Position numbers and translations under genes: made by a program. Positions 1 to 13,397 of a DNA stretch of 64,000 nucleotides are shown piece after piece. The notes beneath the pieces are model-generated. The model saw only the letters and a list, made by a program, of their open reading frames with translations, searched no databases and was not told the origin of the DNA. How positions within the stretch are numbered: position 1 is the stretch's first letter; each line of letters opens with the position of its first letter. The stretch covers positions 29,450,001-29,514,000 of the forward strand of contig OZ024746.1 of the NCBI GenBank assembly GCA_964016885.1. The letters run 5' to 3'. Source of the stretch: Eledone cirrhosa (taxonomy: Eukaryota).

Positions 1-450
1 GATGATTGATGGTATCACACTGTAAAATTTCCCGTTTCAAATAGATGCTGTGAAATATGAAGTTTATCGTTGTATTTCACACAACAAGTGAGATGCTTGC
101 GTGTTCCGTGTTGCCTGTCAATAAATATATTCTAAGATTCTTTATCAACTATGTCTTATGGTGTGTGTAGGATTTATTAAAAGCGACATGAAAGTAGGTC
201 TGGAGCTGAGGAGAACACAGGGGTATATCGTTGAGGCGTAAATCTACCAAGCGGAATAAAGATATTCGTATATTTCCAGGAAAAGGGGTGGGTGGGTTAT
301 GCACCTTAAATACACAAACTATTTTCTTTTTATTTCCGACAACTTGCTATATGTGTGTGTGTGTATATATATATATTTGATATATATTTATCCTTATCGA
401 TCCCTCTTTGTATTTTAGTCTTCAAATTTATTATTATTACTATATATATA

Positions 451-640
451 GGCGGTGGATTGGCAGTATCGGTAGAGGGTCGGACGCCATGCTTTCCAGC
501 ATAGTTACGTCCCTTTACGATTTGAGTTCAAATCCCGCCGAGGTTAACTTTGCCTTTCATCCTTACGGGGTCGATAAAATAAAGTACCAGTAATGCACTG
601 GGTAATTGCTGGCCTTGTGCCTAAAGTAGAAACAATTATT
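451..640 (+). mobile_element. tRNA-derived SINE, main young family, full length with target-site duplication
   Basis: Box A-like TGGCAGTATCGG, box B GAGTTCAAATCC, core GAGGTTAACTTTGCCTTTCATCCTTACGGGGTCGATAAAAT (recalled as Meta/MESC-like), tail GGCCTTGTGCCTAAAGTAGAAACAATTATT. ATTATTACTATATATATA occurs on both sides. Confidence 0.88.
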
Positions 641-682
641 ACTATATATATATATATATATATATAAATATATATATATATA

Positions 683-908
683 GAATTTTCGTATGCATTT
701 CAGGCTTAACTGACCTTCGTCAGAACGATCCCTCCCACCGCTTGCGACAGCTAGACTAGAAGACAGCCGAGAATATATAGTTTTCTGGTCTGTGTAAATG
801 AGGTGATTAATCTCATTTGTATATGAAGCTGCATAAGTTGGCTCAACTTATAAATTATAAGTTGAACCAACTTATGCAGCTTCATATACAATTGAGATTA
901 ATCACCTC
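683..908 (-). mobile_element. Family B: (TA)n-anchored element with degenerate hammerhead (688-728, -) and a ~110-bp palindrome (800-908)
   Basis: Minus strand: CTGACGA-aggt(cagttaa)gcct-GAAA-TGCA-TA, helix I imperfect. Palindrome arms ~53 bp around AAT. Confidence 0.6.
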
Positions 909-920
909 CTTATTATTATT

Positions 921-1119
921 TGGATTGGCAGTATCGGTAGAGGGTCGGACGTCATGCGTTGACGCATAGAGTTATGGCCCTTGCCATTCTGAGTTCAAAT
1001 CCCGCCGAGGTTAACTTTGCCTTTCATCCTTACGGGGTCGATAAAATAAAGTACCAGTAATGTACTGGGTAATTGTTGGCCTTGTGCCTAAAGTAGAAAC
1101 AATTATTATTATTATTATT
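921..1119 (+). mobile_element. tRNA-derived SINE, variant subfamily, with (ATT)n tail
   Basis: Same head, core and tail as 451-640; variant segment GACGCATAGAGTTATGGCCCTTGCCATTC shared with the copies at 9717 and 24460. Confidence 0.85.
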
Positions 1120-1509
1120 GAATGCCATGGTTGACGGAGGCTCGGCGCTGTAAGGTATTGTAAATTTTGACCGTTATAACAATTGTAAATTGTTTGAAAC
1201 TTTAACCAAATTGTAGACAAAAACACCCTCCTCCTCGTGAGAGGGGTCTTTCTGCCCGTTATTTGGCCCTTCGGCGTTAAATAACCGCTTATTGGGGTTT
1301 TGTGCCCAATATTTATTTTAAACCAAAAAAAACATGACTACAAAAAAGAATTTTCACAAGTCACTCCCACTCATTCCGTCTTCTTCTTCCTCAATCGTCA
1401 CTACAGCAGAGAGAAGATTGTCTCTCTCCCCCCTTCTCTAAATGTGTCTCTCTCCCTCCCTTCTCTTTCGCAAGCGACGCCAGTAAAGAAAAATAGTTTC
1501 CAAAATCAC

Positions 1510-1718
1510 ATGCAAAACATGGAACATTTTTCCACGACGACGACAACGACGAAAAAGGTGTGCGGTAAATACGAAAACCCATTTCATTCGTCTGACGTCA
1601 TGAATAATAGCAGTAGCAGCCGTAATAACAGCAGTAGCAGCTACAGTGACAAGGAAAACAACAGTAGCAGCCGCATCAGCATCATCAGCAGCATAAACAA
1701 CTACAGCATTAGCAGCAA

Positions 1719-1750
<32 letters not shown>

Positions 1751-3483
1751 ACAACCACAGCAACAGCGGCGGCGGCAGTAGTCGTAGTACCTGCAGCAAC
1801 AACAAAAATAACAGCAGCTCTGACGACAACAACAACAACAACAACAACAGCAGCAAAGAAAAACCAATCTCGTTTGCAGGTATCGCAAAGAACCTGGAAA
1901 CCATCCTCATAACAAATGAGGAATTACAGGAAGCAAAGAAGATGGTGACGAAAACCGGACACCGAGCAATCTGCAAGGCAGCCGAAAATTTTTTGGAAAC
2001 CCAACAGCACTGTACGGTCACGTACCGTACAGTAAGCACAAAATCCCGTAGGGTTAAAAGAGCCACAGAGGCTCAAATACAAAAAGCCTTAGGGTCTGTA
2101 TGGCAGCGGAAAACGCATATCACCCGAGGCAAGAAATATGCCACCGTAGACGTGCTTTTTGCCACACCCCAGGAGGCAAAGGCTCAATCCTTAGTGACCC
2201 TAAGGAGCGAGGAAATGGTGTTGGTGCCCTCCTACTGCGGGCAAAAAATTGTGAGGGTCAAACTGACCCACATCCGCCCCAGGATGGTCCCTTCTTGGCT
2301 GGCCGCGTCTGTCCTCGTCGGAATCGAGGACAAAACAACTGTACTGCAAGTACAGAAAAAAGTAAGAGAAGATTGGGTCGGCACCTCCATTGAGATGTTA
2401 ATCCAAACCAACCAGGAGTGCATCGAAGCTATCCCGGATGTGATAGACTTCGATAACGGCACTCAACTGCCCATAAGTGTTGAGGGAAAACGCCCGAAAT
2501 GCTTTCGCTGTGGATCGCAGACTCACCTCAGGGCCTTCTGCAACGAGAAAACCCTGAGAAAGGAGAAAACCCCCCTCCTTCTGAAACCGACTCCACTGCT
2601 ACCAGCAACAGGACAGGCGGCAAGCAGAAAGGATAGGTCCGTGGCACTCATACCCATGCCACGGAAATCAAGAACAGCAGCAGCAGCGGCAGCAGTGGAA
2701 GTATTAACAACAGCAGCAGTAATACCAACTGCAGCTGCAACAGAGACCCCACTGCAACCATCACCAACAAGAACAAGTGAAAGAGTGGAGCTGGTACCCC
2801 TCCCCGACCTCACAGAATCAGACATGGAGTGTGAGGTGGAAGGGGGATGGCAAACGGTCGCAAGAAAGCATATACGCAGAAGCAGCGCATCGTCGCCTTC
2901 GAAAAGGGAGGAAAGAAATGAAAAAAGGGTAAAGGCTACTGCAAAGAGACTCACAGCAGCAACACCACCAACACCATCACCACCCACACTAGCACCACCA
3001 TCACCACCGGCGACAGCCCCACCGCCAACAACAACAACACCTTCAACACCACCACCACAAGCACCAACATCGCAAACACAACAATAAAACACACACACCC
3101 AGCAACAACGACAAGAAAATAGCAGAACCACACCCCACCCCCAGAAAAACAAATGCACGGCAATAAATATACACAACAAGAAACTAATGAATTACATAAT
3201 TGAACACACAGACATTTCACAGCACGTCTACATAATACCAGCACCAATCAAAACACCAACGAACATAAGACTGCTAAAAATAGCACAGAAACAATACACA
3301 AACATTAAAACGAAATTCCCCAACGCAGTTGGTGATTTCAGAGACCTAGGAGGGACTCTCAACCGGAGAGTATATTCGGACATACTCATAGAAGAGCCGA
3401 CGACCAGCCGAAGGGACGATTCACCAGACGATCAAGTGAAAAGGGATGGAGAAACCATCCTTCCTCTACCAAAAGTACGGTAA
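1510..3483 (+). pseudogene. LINE ORF1 (gag-like nucleic-acid-binding protein, CX2CX4HX4C zinc knuckle)
   Basis: ORF 1300..3087 contains KCFRCGSQTHLRAFC. ORF 3187..3483 is in the same frame and 3088-3186 is open, so one TAA at 3085-3087 interrupts a longer ORF. The start codon is uncertain (first ATG in frame ~1510). Confidence 0.8.
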
Positions 3484-3517
3484 GTGGTCTTTCCCATCTT
3501 TTCCACTCGATTTCAAC

Positions 3518-4800
3518 ATGACCTCACTCATAATAGGGAGCATAAATGCGCGTGGCTTGGGGTCGTCATGGAAGCAGGGCCACCTGCTCAACGACCTCAG
3601 GTCACTAAACATAGATGTAGTGGCCATCAGCGAGACCAGAATCTCCGAAGCACGGGCCTTCGCATCGATCTTCGGTGGCTACGATGTGTACGCATCTCCC
3701 AGCCGTCCGCGATCGCGGGGAGGAGTTGCTGTGCTTTTTCGGAGAGGTTTGGATCTTGCCATACGGGCCATCTTCCTGGACCCAGAAGGTAAGTTGGTGG
3801 TGCTGGACGTGACCAGCGGAGACGGGCAAGCTTTCAGGTTAGTGGCCGTCTATGCCCCGACAGGAAAGGGCGGCCTGATTTCTTCCGGCGTCTGGAGACC
3901 TTTCTTGGAACGTCCCGCTCTTTAGTGTTAGTGGGCAACTGGAACGGGATCTTAGATGCACGCTGGGACTGTGTGGGATTAGTGGATAGGGGAGGAGGGT
4001 GCAAGAGTCTCACCAACCTGCTCAGGTGTTTTGAACTGTCTGACAGGTACCGATTGGATTTCCCGAATGTGCCAAATTGGACTTGGACAAATCGCATAGG
4101 GTCATCCAGATCATATTTAGATAGAGTATTTTGTAGGGAAATAGATAGGTCTAGCATAGGCTGTCCACAATTCAAGATAGTCAGCTACACGGACCACAAA
4201 TTCGTGATCTGTGTGCTTGACTTAGATAGGCTTCATAGACGAGGACCCGGCTACTGGAAGCTAAACGCGTCCTTACCAGCGCGCAAGGCTTACAGAGACC
4301 GGATTAGCGAACTAGTTAAGCGAGCGTTGACGGGGGCCATCGTCAACAACAAGTGGTGGTTTGCTCTATAAAGAGCAATTAGGTCCATTAGGTTTAGTAA
4401 GGCTTTAGCAATAGAGAAAAATAGAGCAGAGGGAGAATTAGTTAGAAAATTAGACGAGGCGCTTAGCAAAGGCATCGCGACCGACGTACTTGCGGCGAAA
4501 TTGGCCCTTGACCAATTCTTCAATGCAAAGCACGAAGGCTGCGTTGTCAGAGCTAGGGTGCGTGCTCTCAGACACGAGGGAACGAAAGCCGTTCAATGGG
4601 CCCGAGTGGCGGAGGCGCGTCGTGGCAACAAAGCCACGATCCGGTCTTTGGTGGACCACGACGGGCGCATGCTACTCGATCCCGGGCAAATGTGTGAAGC
4701 TTTTCAGCGACACTTCGCACAGCTGTTTGGGGGCAGCGGCGGGCCGGATCGAGGGATGGACTTTAGTGTCTACCTCGACGGACTGCCGCGGCTCTCGATT
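3518..4800 (+). pseudogene. LINE ORF2 N-terminus: apurinic-like endonuclease and linker; RT domain absent
   Basis: MTSLIIGSINARGL..DVVAISET..GGVAVL..VYAP, frameshift ~3870, then GNWN (GDWN expected), WTW, SYLDRVF, YTDHK, GYWKLN. In-frame stop at 4369, continuing in the 4501 ORF. Confidence 0.88.
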
Positions 4801-4802
4801 TA

Positions 4803-5003
4803 GAAATGTGCTAAGGAACCTGATGGACCATAACGCACCAAAGTACTCAATACTTAGGCTAGTAGAGAGGGTAATAGGAACGAGTAGGACCCCGACGGCT
4901 GAGCTCAAGCCGTTTCGACGGCTAATTCTGGACTAAAATTTGATTTTAGTCCAGAATTAGCCGTCGAAACGGTTTGAGCTCAGCCGTCGGGGTCCTACTC
5001 GTT

Positions 5004-5006
<3 letters not shown>
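4803..5006. mobile_element. Family A fold-back element carrying the 3' half of a hammerhead (GAAA-helix III-GTC)
   Basis: Head-to-head arms centred at ~4941. Further copies at 11837-12065, 12350-12399, 18077-18415, 37371-37578, 38402-38497, 46658-46787 and 47049-47242. Confidence 0.8.
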
Positions 5007-5062
<56 letters not shown>

Positions 5063-5065
<3 letters not shown>

Positions 5066-5321
5066 ATCAAAAGATGGTTAAATGGGTTCCATGTATTTTA
5101 TTATGCGCATTTCAAAAACAAATATCATCATGCAATAACATTTGTGTTTTCATCAGATAAAATAGGACATGATATGAAGGTTAAAAAACACTTGTGGATA
5201 GTGCAGTTTTAAATCAACATATTTTGATCTTATATATTATGTATACTCCAGTCCTACAAACTGTAGAGTGCTTCTTATCCGATATCTGCATTGCTTTATT
5301 GTACTACAATAAAACTCACCT

Positions 5322-5323
<2 letters not shown>
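5063..5323. mobile_element. Family C element between (TA)n tracts, internally inverted
   Basis: Homologous to 41943-42264 and 59015-60162. Confidence 0.8.
5095..5163 (-). ncRNA. Minimal type I hammerhead ribozyme (family C)
   Basis: attttat-CTGATGA-[aaacacaaatgttatt..gatatttgttttt]-GAAA-T-GCGC-A-TA-ataaaat. Confidence 0.8.
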
Positions 5324-5374
<51 letters not shown>

Positions 5375-8029
5375 TTATATATATATGTGTTCTGTATATA
5401 TGTATGTGTGTATGTGTATGTATTTATATTTTTGTTTATATATGATATAATTGATGTACCCTATCAAGGCTTGAAAAAAAAGTATCTAGTAAAGGAAATG
5501 AAGAAAATAAACACGGAGAATAAGCTGAGAATCGATAATTGACTCCATCTGGTTGGAAAGAAGCAATTATATTGAATATATTCGACACTTTAATGTTCTT
5601 AAATGAAGACATTGTTTCAACGTTGTTTACTGACGAGCGACAGTTATTGCTGAAACTACTGACTTAGCGTTGTTTAATTGCTTGTATGATATCGTTTTGC
5701 TAATAAGAAAATGACGAGAGTTACAGAAAGAAAAACGAGGACGATGCAATAAGCAATAAAGTACAATTATTAACCGATCGATTTTAGTTTTAAAACTAAT
5801 TATAGGTTGTTGTTTAACTATCTATGAATCTCGTTTCGCCACCACGTCACACGTGTTCAATCCTATTGCCGCCTATCTTTAGTGTCTTTTAGCCCAAGGT
5901 TAGCCTAAAAAATGCTTTCAGCGTGGTATTTCACAGATTGAGCTCAGTCCTGATTAAAATGATTACTGATGAACGACGGTTCAGCCGTTTACATGATATT
6001 GTATTATTCAAATAATATTTTAAATACTTGGCTATTATTTATAGCATATTAAGAGCCTCTATACTGGCATTTTCGTGATTGCAATGCTCTGTTATGTGGA
6101 GAGATAGCGTTCTTAGCTGCACGACATAAAGCAGAAGACTATAGTGGTGTTCCAATGATCCAGTCTGTTAAACAACTTAGTCATTGTCAGTCGATGAATA
6201 GGGAGAGGTTCTAATTCGGCCGATGTCAACTTACACTTTCATAATTACGGAGATGATAGAATACTTATCTAGAGAGGTGGCCTGTCAGAACCATTTGAAC
6301 ATCGGACGAAATACATTACGGTATTTGTTCCAGCTTCTTGCGTGCAAATCCCGCCCTAGCCCACTTGTGTGGTAGACTTAACTCGTCACTGAATTTAGCT
6401 CCACCACCTGGTACTGCGGGTGTAAGGTATGCTTTCTGTGGAGTTTACCCTGCTCTAAGGGCTCTGGTTTAAGGATATTTTGCTACCACCTGCCTCTGAT
6501 ACCCTGGACAAAGAGAAAAGTATGTACACTGGTAGTAAATGTTTAATTATATCTCAAGAAAGATATTTTCTGAATTAAAACATAATGCAGAAACAAAACA
6601 TTAAAGATGTCTTATTTCAAATTGAAATTCGAATCAGAGTTAATATGCTCAGTTTTATGTAAATTTATATTTTTACACACACACACATACACGCGCACAC
6701 ATGTGCACACGCACACAGACATAAATATATGCCACGTTACTAATTACCAATAGTTTTAACCGACTGTTTGATTCTCAGAGATCGAATTAATTACGGGGAA
6801 TATGTTTAGATAAAAACAAATGCCAAAAGTAAATCTATTGAATTAACCCAATGAAAAATAAAAAGAACTTGTCCAGAATTAACAATTATGCAGAAATACT
6901 TTTCATTTTTTAACTATTAATTAGAAAAAAAAAGACCCCTACACTATATGCACACGCACACACACACGCACACATATATATACATATAATACATATACAT
7001 ATATATATATATAAATAAATACACTATGTATGAATATGTATATACACACATATACACACACACATATATATATATATACACACATATACACATACATACA
7101 CACCACATGCACACACACACATATATATATATATTTACACTATATATGATATATATAAGAATATATATATATACACTATATATGAATATATATATGCACT
7201 ATATATGAATATATATATTATATATATATATATATACATATATACACTATATATAAATATATATATATATACTCATAGACTTACATACACACCACAGGCA
7301 CAGACATATACACAGACCTATAAGCACAAATATGCATACACATATCCTAATATTGACGTTAATAAAACAAGGGAAAATCAATTGTCCGTATCAAACTGAA
7401 AATATAATTTGCGATGACAATACTATTGATCACATTGATTGACAAAACATCTGCGTATGTTATCTGAGTGATTGGCTGATGAACGTAAGGACGGTACACT
7501 GCCGATATCGTCAAGAGAAAAAGAGAGAACGAGGAAGAATCGACTCCAGAACTGAGCTGATACTTTAAGAATGGCTTTTCCAGCGCGTCTCCCTTGCCGT
7601 CCTCCGGGGAAACGCCTTCTCCATTGTGTCCGCCGGGGCTGTGGGGAGGCCACCAATATGATTTACTGACTTGTCATTTTATCAGTCACATGTTCTAATG
7701 ATTCTCTCTCTCTCTATATATTTATATATACTCTAGAGTAAAGCATGTCCAGAGAATTATTTGATAATATATATACATCATCTCTACTCCCTATCAGCAT
7801 AATTAACCACACAAAAAATCAATTAGACCAGGCTATAAGAATAAAAGGCACCTATAAAGAAACAGTAAATAAATACGCCACAGCAGCGTCTTCGCGTCCA
7901 ACCGCTATAGAATATTTACCCAACATTTCAACAGCACGTGGAAATTAATTAAATATATGGTCAACCATACAGAATTAGGTAAAATTAAAGTTAGAAATGC
8001 TTATATACATACCAGGATTAAATCACTAA

Positions 8030-8107
8030 ATCCCGACCCATGGGTTTCGCTCACTTTTGAGATACCTTATTAAGGATGAATCTCGAGTTTAGAGCTCTTC
8101 AGAGGAC
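8030..8107 (-). ncRNA. Hammerhead ribozyme, inverted copy of family D
   Basis: Reverse complement of 8605-8682 with one helix I change (C to T, leaving a G-U pair). Confidence 0.85.
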
Positions 8108-8604
8108 AAACTCCGTAGGACAGATTAAGAATTAATGAAGAATTAATAAATTAAACAATCGGAGAAAAATACTATAGAGTAAAGCATTCCCAGAGAATTA
8201 TTTGATAATATACATCATCTCTACTCCCAATCAGCATAATTAACCACACGTATATATATTATCAAATAATTCTCTGGACATGCTTTACTCTATAGTATTT
8301 TGCTCTGATTGTTTAATTTATTAATTCTTCATTGAGCCACATCTTGAATAGTTGCCAAAACACATATATACCTGTGACTTTGTTTAATTGGTGTATGTGT
8401 AAATATTTATATTTAATAATCTCCCATAAGGTTGAGATACAATTTGGGCGATATTGGGCTGCGCTTTTTAGCAACCAACCCACTCGCCGTAAGCAACCAA
8501 TCATACCCTTCCTGACTTGACCACTGTCACGTCACAGTTCTCAACCATTTCGAATTCGTGTTTGGCGGGGGCCACTTCGGAAAATAATCTGTCCTTGCGA
8601 GTTT

Positions 8605-8682
8605 GTCCCCTGAAGAGCTCTAAACTCGAGATTCATCCTTAATAAGGTATCTCAAAAGTGAGCGAAACCCATGGGTCGGGAT
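8605..8682 (+). ncRNA. Type I hammerhead ribozyme (family D), GUC cleavage after 8677
   Basis: gtccc-CTGAAGA-gctc..gagc-GAAA-CCCATGGG-TC-gggat; helix III region ACCCATGGGT is a perfect palindrome. Confidence 0.9.
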
Positions 8683-9094
8683 TTAGTGATTTAATCCTGG
8701 TATGTATATAAGCATTTCTAACTTTAATTTTACCTAATTCTGTATGGTTGACCATATATTTAATTAATTTCCACGTGCTGTTGAAATGTTGGTTAAATAT
8801 TCTATAGCGGTTGGACGCGAAGACGCTGCTGTGGCGTATTTATTTACTGTTTCTTCATAGGTGCCTTTTATTCTTATAGCCTGGTCTAATTGATTTTTTT
8901 GTGTGGTTAATTATGCTGATTGGGAGTAGAGATGATGTATATATATTATCAAATAATTCTCTGGACATGCTTTACTCTAGAGTATTTTGCTCTGATTGTT
9001 TAATTTATTAATTTCTCATTGAGCCACACCGTGAATAGTTTCCAAAACGCATATATACCTGTGACTTTGTTTAATTGGTGTATGTGTAAATATT

Positions 9095-9222
<128 letters not shown>

Positions 9223-9637
9223 TGTGTGTGTGTGTCTGTGTGCATGTATGTGCGTGTGTGTGTGCGTGCTAAACAGAGGAAGCAAACTGTTTGTTAATTA
9301 TCTAGAGCTATGATTGTAGTTTATGTGACGTTTCCTGCTGCTGCAATAGCTGTAGCATGGACACAACACGGTTTCTGTTCAATATAGATTTATATAGTTT
9401 GCCATTGTATTCGTATCACCATATAGCTATTAAATGCTTCGATATTTGTTCCGGCTCTACGCGTTCAAATCCTACCGAGGTAGACTTTGTCTTGCATCGT
9501 TTTGAGATAGATAAAGTATCTGATAAAGTATTTGAGATAAATAAAGATAAAGAATATATGAGATCTGTAAAGATGAATGACAAAACAGTGAAGATTTGAG
9601 TGCATTAGGCGTTGGTTTTGAGCCCACGGATATTTGC

Positions 9638-9716
<79 letters not shown>

Positions 9717-9720
<4 letters not shown>

Positions 9721-9908
9721 TGTTTCTACTTTTGGCACAAGGCCAGCAATTAATCCAGTCTATTACTGGCACTTTATTTTATCGACCCCATAAGGATGAA
9801 AGGCAAAGTTAATCTCGGCGGGATTTGAACTCAGAATGGCAAGGGCCGTAACTCTATGCGTCAAAGCATGGCGTCCGACCCTCTACCGATACTGCCAATC
9901 CACCGCCC
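9717..9908 (-). mobile_element. tRNA-derived SINE flanked by (AAT)n
   Basis: Reverse complement of the SINE at 921; long (AAT)n at 9639-9719. Confidence 0.85.
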
Positions 9909-9910
9909 TC

Positions 9911-9945
<35 letters not shown>

Positions 9946-10047
9946 AATTATTATCTACAGTGCTGAGGTGCACTATAACTCATCAAATATAAACAGATCG
10001 AAACATACAGCAGGGTGGTGGAAGTGGAATCAACCTAGTCTAGAAAC

Positions 10048-10111
<64 letters not shown>

Positions 10112-10112
10112 A

Positions 10113-10149
<37 letters not shown>

Positions 10150-10227
10150 GTGTACATACACATACACAACGATATTCATCTGCAGCAATCAATCATGAAA
10201 TTACAGCGTATGTATTTTATATATACA

Positions 10228-10326
<99 letters not shown>

Positions 10327-10415
10327 GGATAGATAGATATATTATACGGATACATATATTACGTTTATTTTTTACATACGTGCACACGCGTATGGCTATA
10401 TTTTTTTTATCTGTG

Positions 10416-10469
<54 letters not shown>

Positions 10470-11510
10470 CGTGTGCGTGTGTGTAATAAATTGCGTGTGT
10501 ATATATGTGTATATGTATGCGTATATATGTGTATATATATGTGTATATATGTGTATATGTATGCGTATATATGTGTATATATATGTGTATATATGTGTAT
10601 ATATATGTGTATATATGTGTATATGTATGTGTGTTTATACTGAGAGTAATTATTTTCTTCTTTCCGGTTCATTGAACTGTGTCGAGCATAAAGTAAGTCT
10701 GAGTTATTTCTTCCTCACACGTTGTCATCTGTGATAAGTTGGTTGCTAAGAAAACATAGAACAAAGCAGATATTATTTGCGTTCCCGTTGCTGTTGGTGT
10801 TTCAGTTAGTGTGGGTGCTGGTGTTTGTATTGATGTTAGTGATGTGTGGGTATTGGTGGTAGATGTGATCGTGTTGGTGTTGGTATTGTTGTTATTGGTG
10901 ATGTTGGTGTGGGTGATGGTGTTGTTAGTATTTCTGTTGGTGTGCGTGGTGGTGGTATATGTGTAGCTGTATGATTTGGTGTTGTAAGTAATGTTGGTGT
11001 TTTTGTTGGTTGTTTGTGTTGGGGTTGATGTTTCTATTGGCGTTTTTGTTAGTGTTGGTGTTTGTGGTTGGGGTGATGTTTACATTGGTGTTGCTGTTTG
11101 TACTGGGGCTTGTGATGGGGGTTGGTGTCTGTGTAGGTGTTTGAGTTGGCACATTGGTAGTCGTTTGAAATAAAGTATACAGAGAAGAAAGTAATTTTAA
11201 TAAAAAAAACTAAAGACATATCAAGTTTAAAGGGCAACACACATTTGTGTGTGTATGCACATGTACACACTTATTTGTGTGCGCGTCTATATCCTAACAT
11301 ATAAAGTAGTATTGACGATCCGTGGGAAAATAGGTTCAATTTTATCTGTACGAAAACAACTTCAACTTTGCAATCGAGCTACAAATAATCACATATAAAG
11401 TTGAAAGGGCAACAAACGGGAAGAATATATATATATATATATATATAAAATATTAAAAAAATAATGAATAAAACAATGAAACAGTTCCTTATATTAAACA
11501 AAAAAAGTTC

Positions 11511-11660
11511 ATTATTTAACGATCGTTTCTGGGATATATATATGTGTTAGAATTGGCATGTATATTTAACAGATCTATGTACAAAATTATACAAAATTAT
11601 ACAAACTATCAAAATTAAATATACATACCAACTCATATATATGCCGTCTTCAGAAATAAT
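11511..11660 (-). ncRNA. Type I hammerhead ribozyme with very long helix II (family E), GUU site
   Basis: attattt-CTGAAGA-[..gttggtatgtatattt..aaatatacatgccaat..]-GAAA-C-GATC-G-TT-aaataat. The element (~11446-11740) lies between (TA)n tracts. Confidence 0.75.
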
Positions 11661-11738
11661 CTTCTTTCCATGATATCCGGATTACATTGAGTTCTTCATA
11701 CGGATTGGACACTACCGTAAACTCTTGGTAGATTTATC

Positions 11739-11810
<72 letters not shown>

Positions 11811-11836
11811 GTAATATATATATATATACATAAGTA

Positions 11837-12062
11837 TAGGAGAAAGTAAGACTCCGTTGGCAGAGCTCAAGCCGTTTCGACGGCTATTTCTGGACTAAAA
11901 TAAGAGTTTGAAAAAACTCTTACTTTAGTCCAGAAATAGCCGTCGAAACGGCTTGAGCTCTACCGTCGGAGTCTTACTTTCTCCTATTACCCACTCTACT
12001 ACCCTAAGTATTGAGAACTCTGGTGCGTTATGGTCCATCTGGTTCCTTACCACAACTTCTTC

Positions 12063-12065
<3 letters not shown>
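11837..12065. mobile_element. Family A fold-back copy
   Basis: Short minus arm 11837-11910, long plus arm 11913-12065 ending in (TA)n. Confidence 0.8.
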
Positions 12066-12153
<88 letters not shown>

Positions 12154-12250
12154 ACATATATATATATTGTTATGCTTTGGGAGGGTCATGTTGCCAATAA
12201 GAAACACACACACCATATGCTTTCACTTTCACTTTCACAAATTCAGAAAC

Positions 12251-12343
<93 letters not shown>

Positions 12344-12396
12344 TGGGTAATAGCCGTCGAAAGGGCTTGAGCTCTGCCGTCGGGGTTAAACATTTT

Positions 12397-12477
<81 letters not shown>

Positions 12478-12986
12478 ATATATATATATAAATATATATA
12501 TATATATGTTTGTGTGTGTATATATATATATGTGTGCGTGTGTAACTTTTCACATTCTCTCTTCCATAGTCTCCATCTTGTGATAGAGGGTTTTTGTAGC
12601 TCCCCCTTACGTAGTACCCAGTCATATAGGGTTATATATCTCTCCCTCCTGATTCAACCATAGAAACTTTAGCGGTTTCATAGTTATCCTATTTTGCATA
12701 TATGTCTTATGCTTCTTTTGTCTCCGGTCTTTCTCCTCTTTTTTGTTTCTCTGTCTTTTGTTTTGGTTTTATTAATTGTAAGGGGTATTAAATACCTCAC
12801 CTAACCCCTCATACCTTACTAGCTTAATACGGGCATTTACATTTTATTAAATAAATAACATTAAAAAAAGGGTACATTTTGAAAGAAGTCCCATACTAAA
12901 GTTGTTCTGCACCGAGTTCTAACCACCCCTTAAGCATTGCAGTGAGAAATACAATGATTAGCTCCTTTTAATCTTGTATACAACAT

Positions 12987-13180
12987 CACATCTGCCAACT
13001 CCCCCCGTCCGATGGGGAGATCTCCCACCCACTTTGCGGTGGGTGAGAGATGTCTTCTCTTGTGAAAATGGGTATAGCTTTCATTATGTAAAATTTCCCC
13101 ATTTTGCCTCATTTTTCCCCGTTTTGGAGCACTTTTTTTATGATACTTCCCGTTTGGACTTTTAGAGGATAGCAGGTCTG
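12987..13180 (+). mobile_element. ~194-bp MITE (TIR near CAGACCTGCCAAC); second copy at 35280-35473
   Basis: Two dispersed homologous copies; flanks ACAACAT/ACAACAA suggest a 7-8 bp TSD (hAT- or P-like). Confidence 0.7.
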
Positions 13181-13397
13181 ACAACAACGGAACTATTATT
13201 CCCAACTAAAGGAAAAGAAGACATAGCTAACAACTATGTAGATTAATCTGGCCTACTATAAGATTGCATCCCATAATTGTTTTATTAGTTGTTTTAATAA
13301 GACTCTCAGTCCTGTCATGAACGGCAACATAAAATGAATCACCTTGTTCAACAACACAACACAATGTCCGGTTCAAGAATCGAACTTATGATCAAGA

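Larger units (their letters stand above)
1120..4800 (+). mobile_element. Tx1/L1-clade non-LTR retrotransposon, 5' half (5'UTR, ORF1, APE part of ORF2), decayed and 3'-truncated
   Basis: GC-richer block starting right after the (ATT)n tail of a SINE. Gag-like ORF1 with a CCHC knuckle, then ORF2 beginning with an APE endonuclease followed by the L1/Tx1 'GPGYWKLNASL' motif. Ends abruptly at a hammerhead-family repeat at ~4803. Confidence 0.9.

Noticed and set aside
451-535. tRNA gene
   Set aside because: A/B boxes only, no cloverleaf or terminator; it is the SINE head.
6380-6522. Possible minus-strand exon after TTTTCTCTTTGTCCAG
   Set aside because: All frames stop within 16 codons and no product is recognisable.
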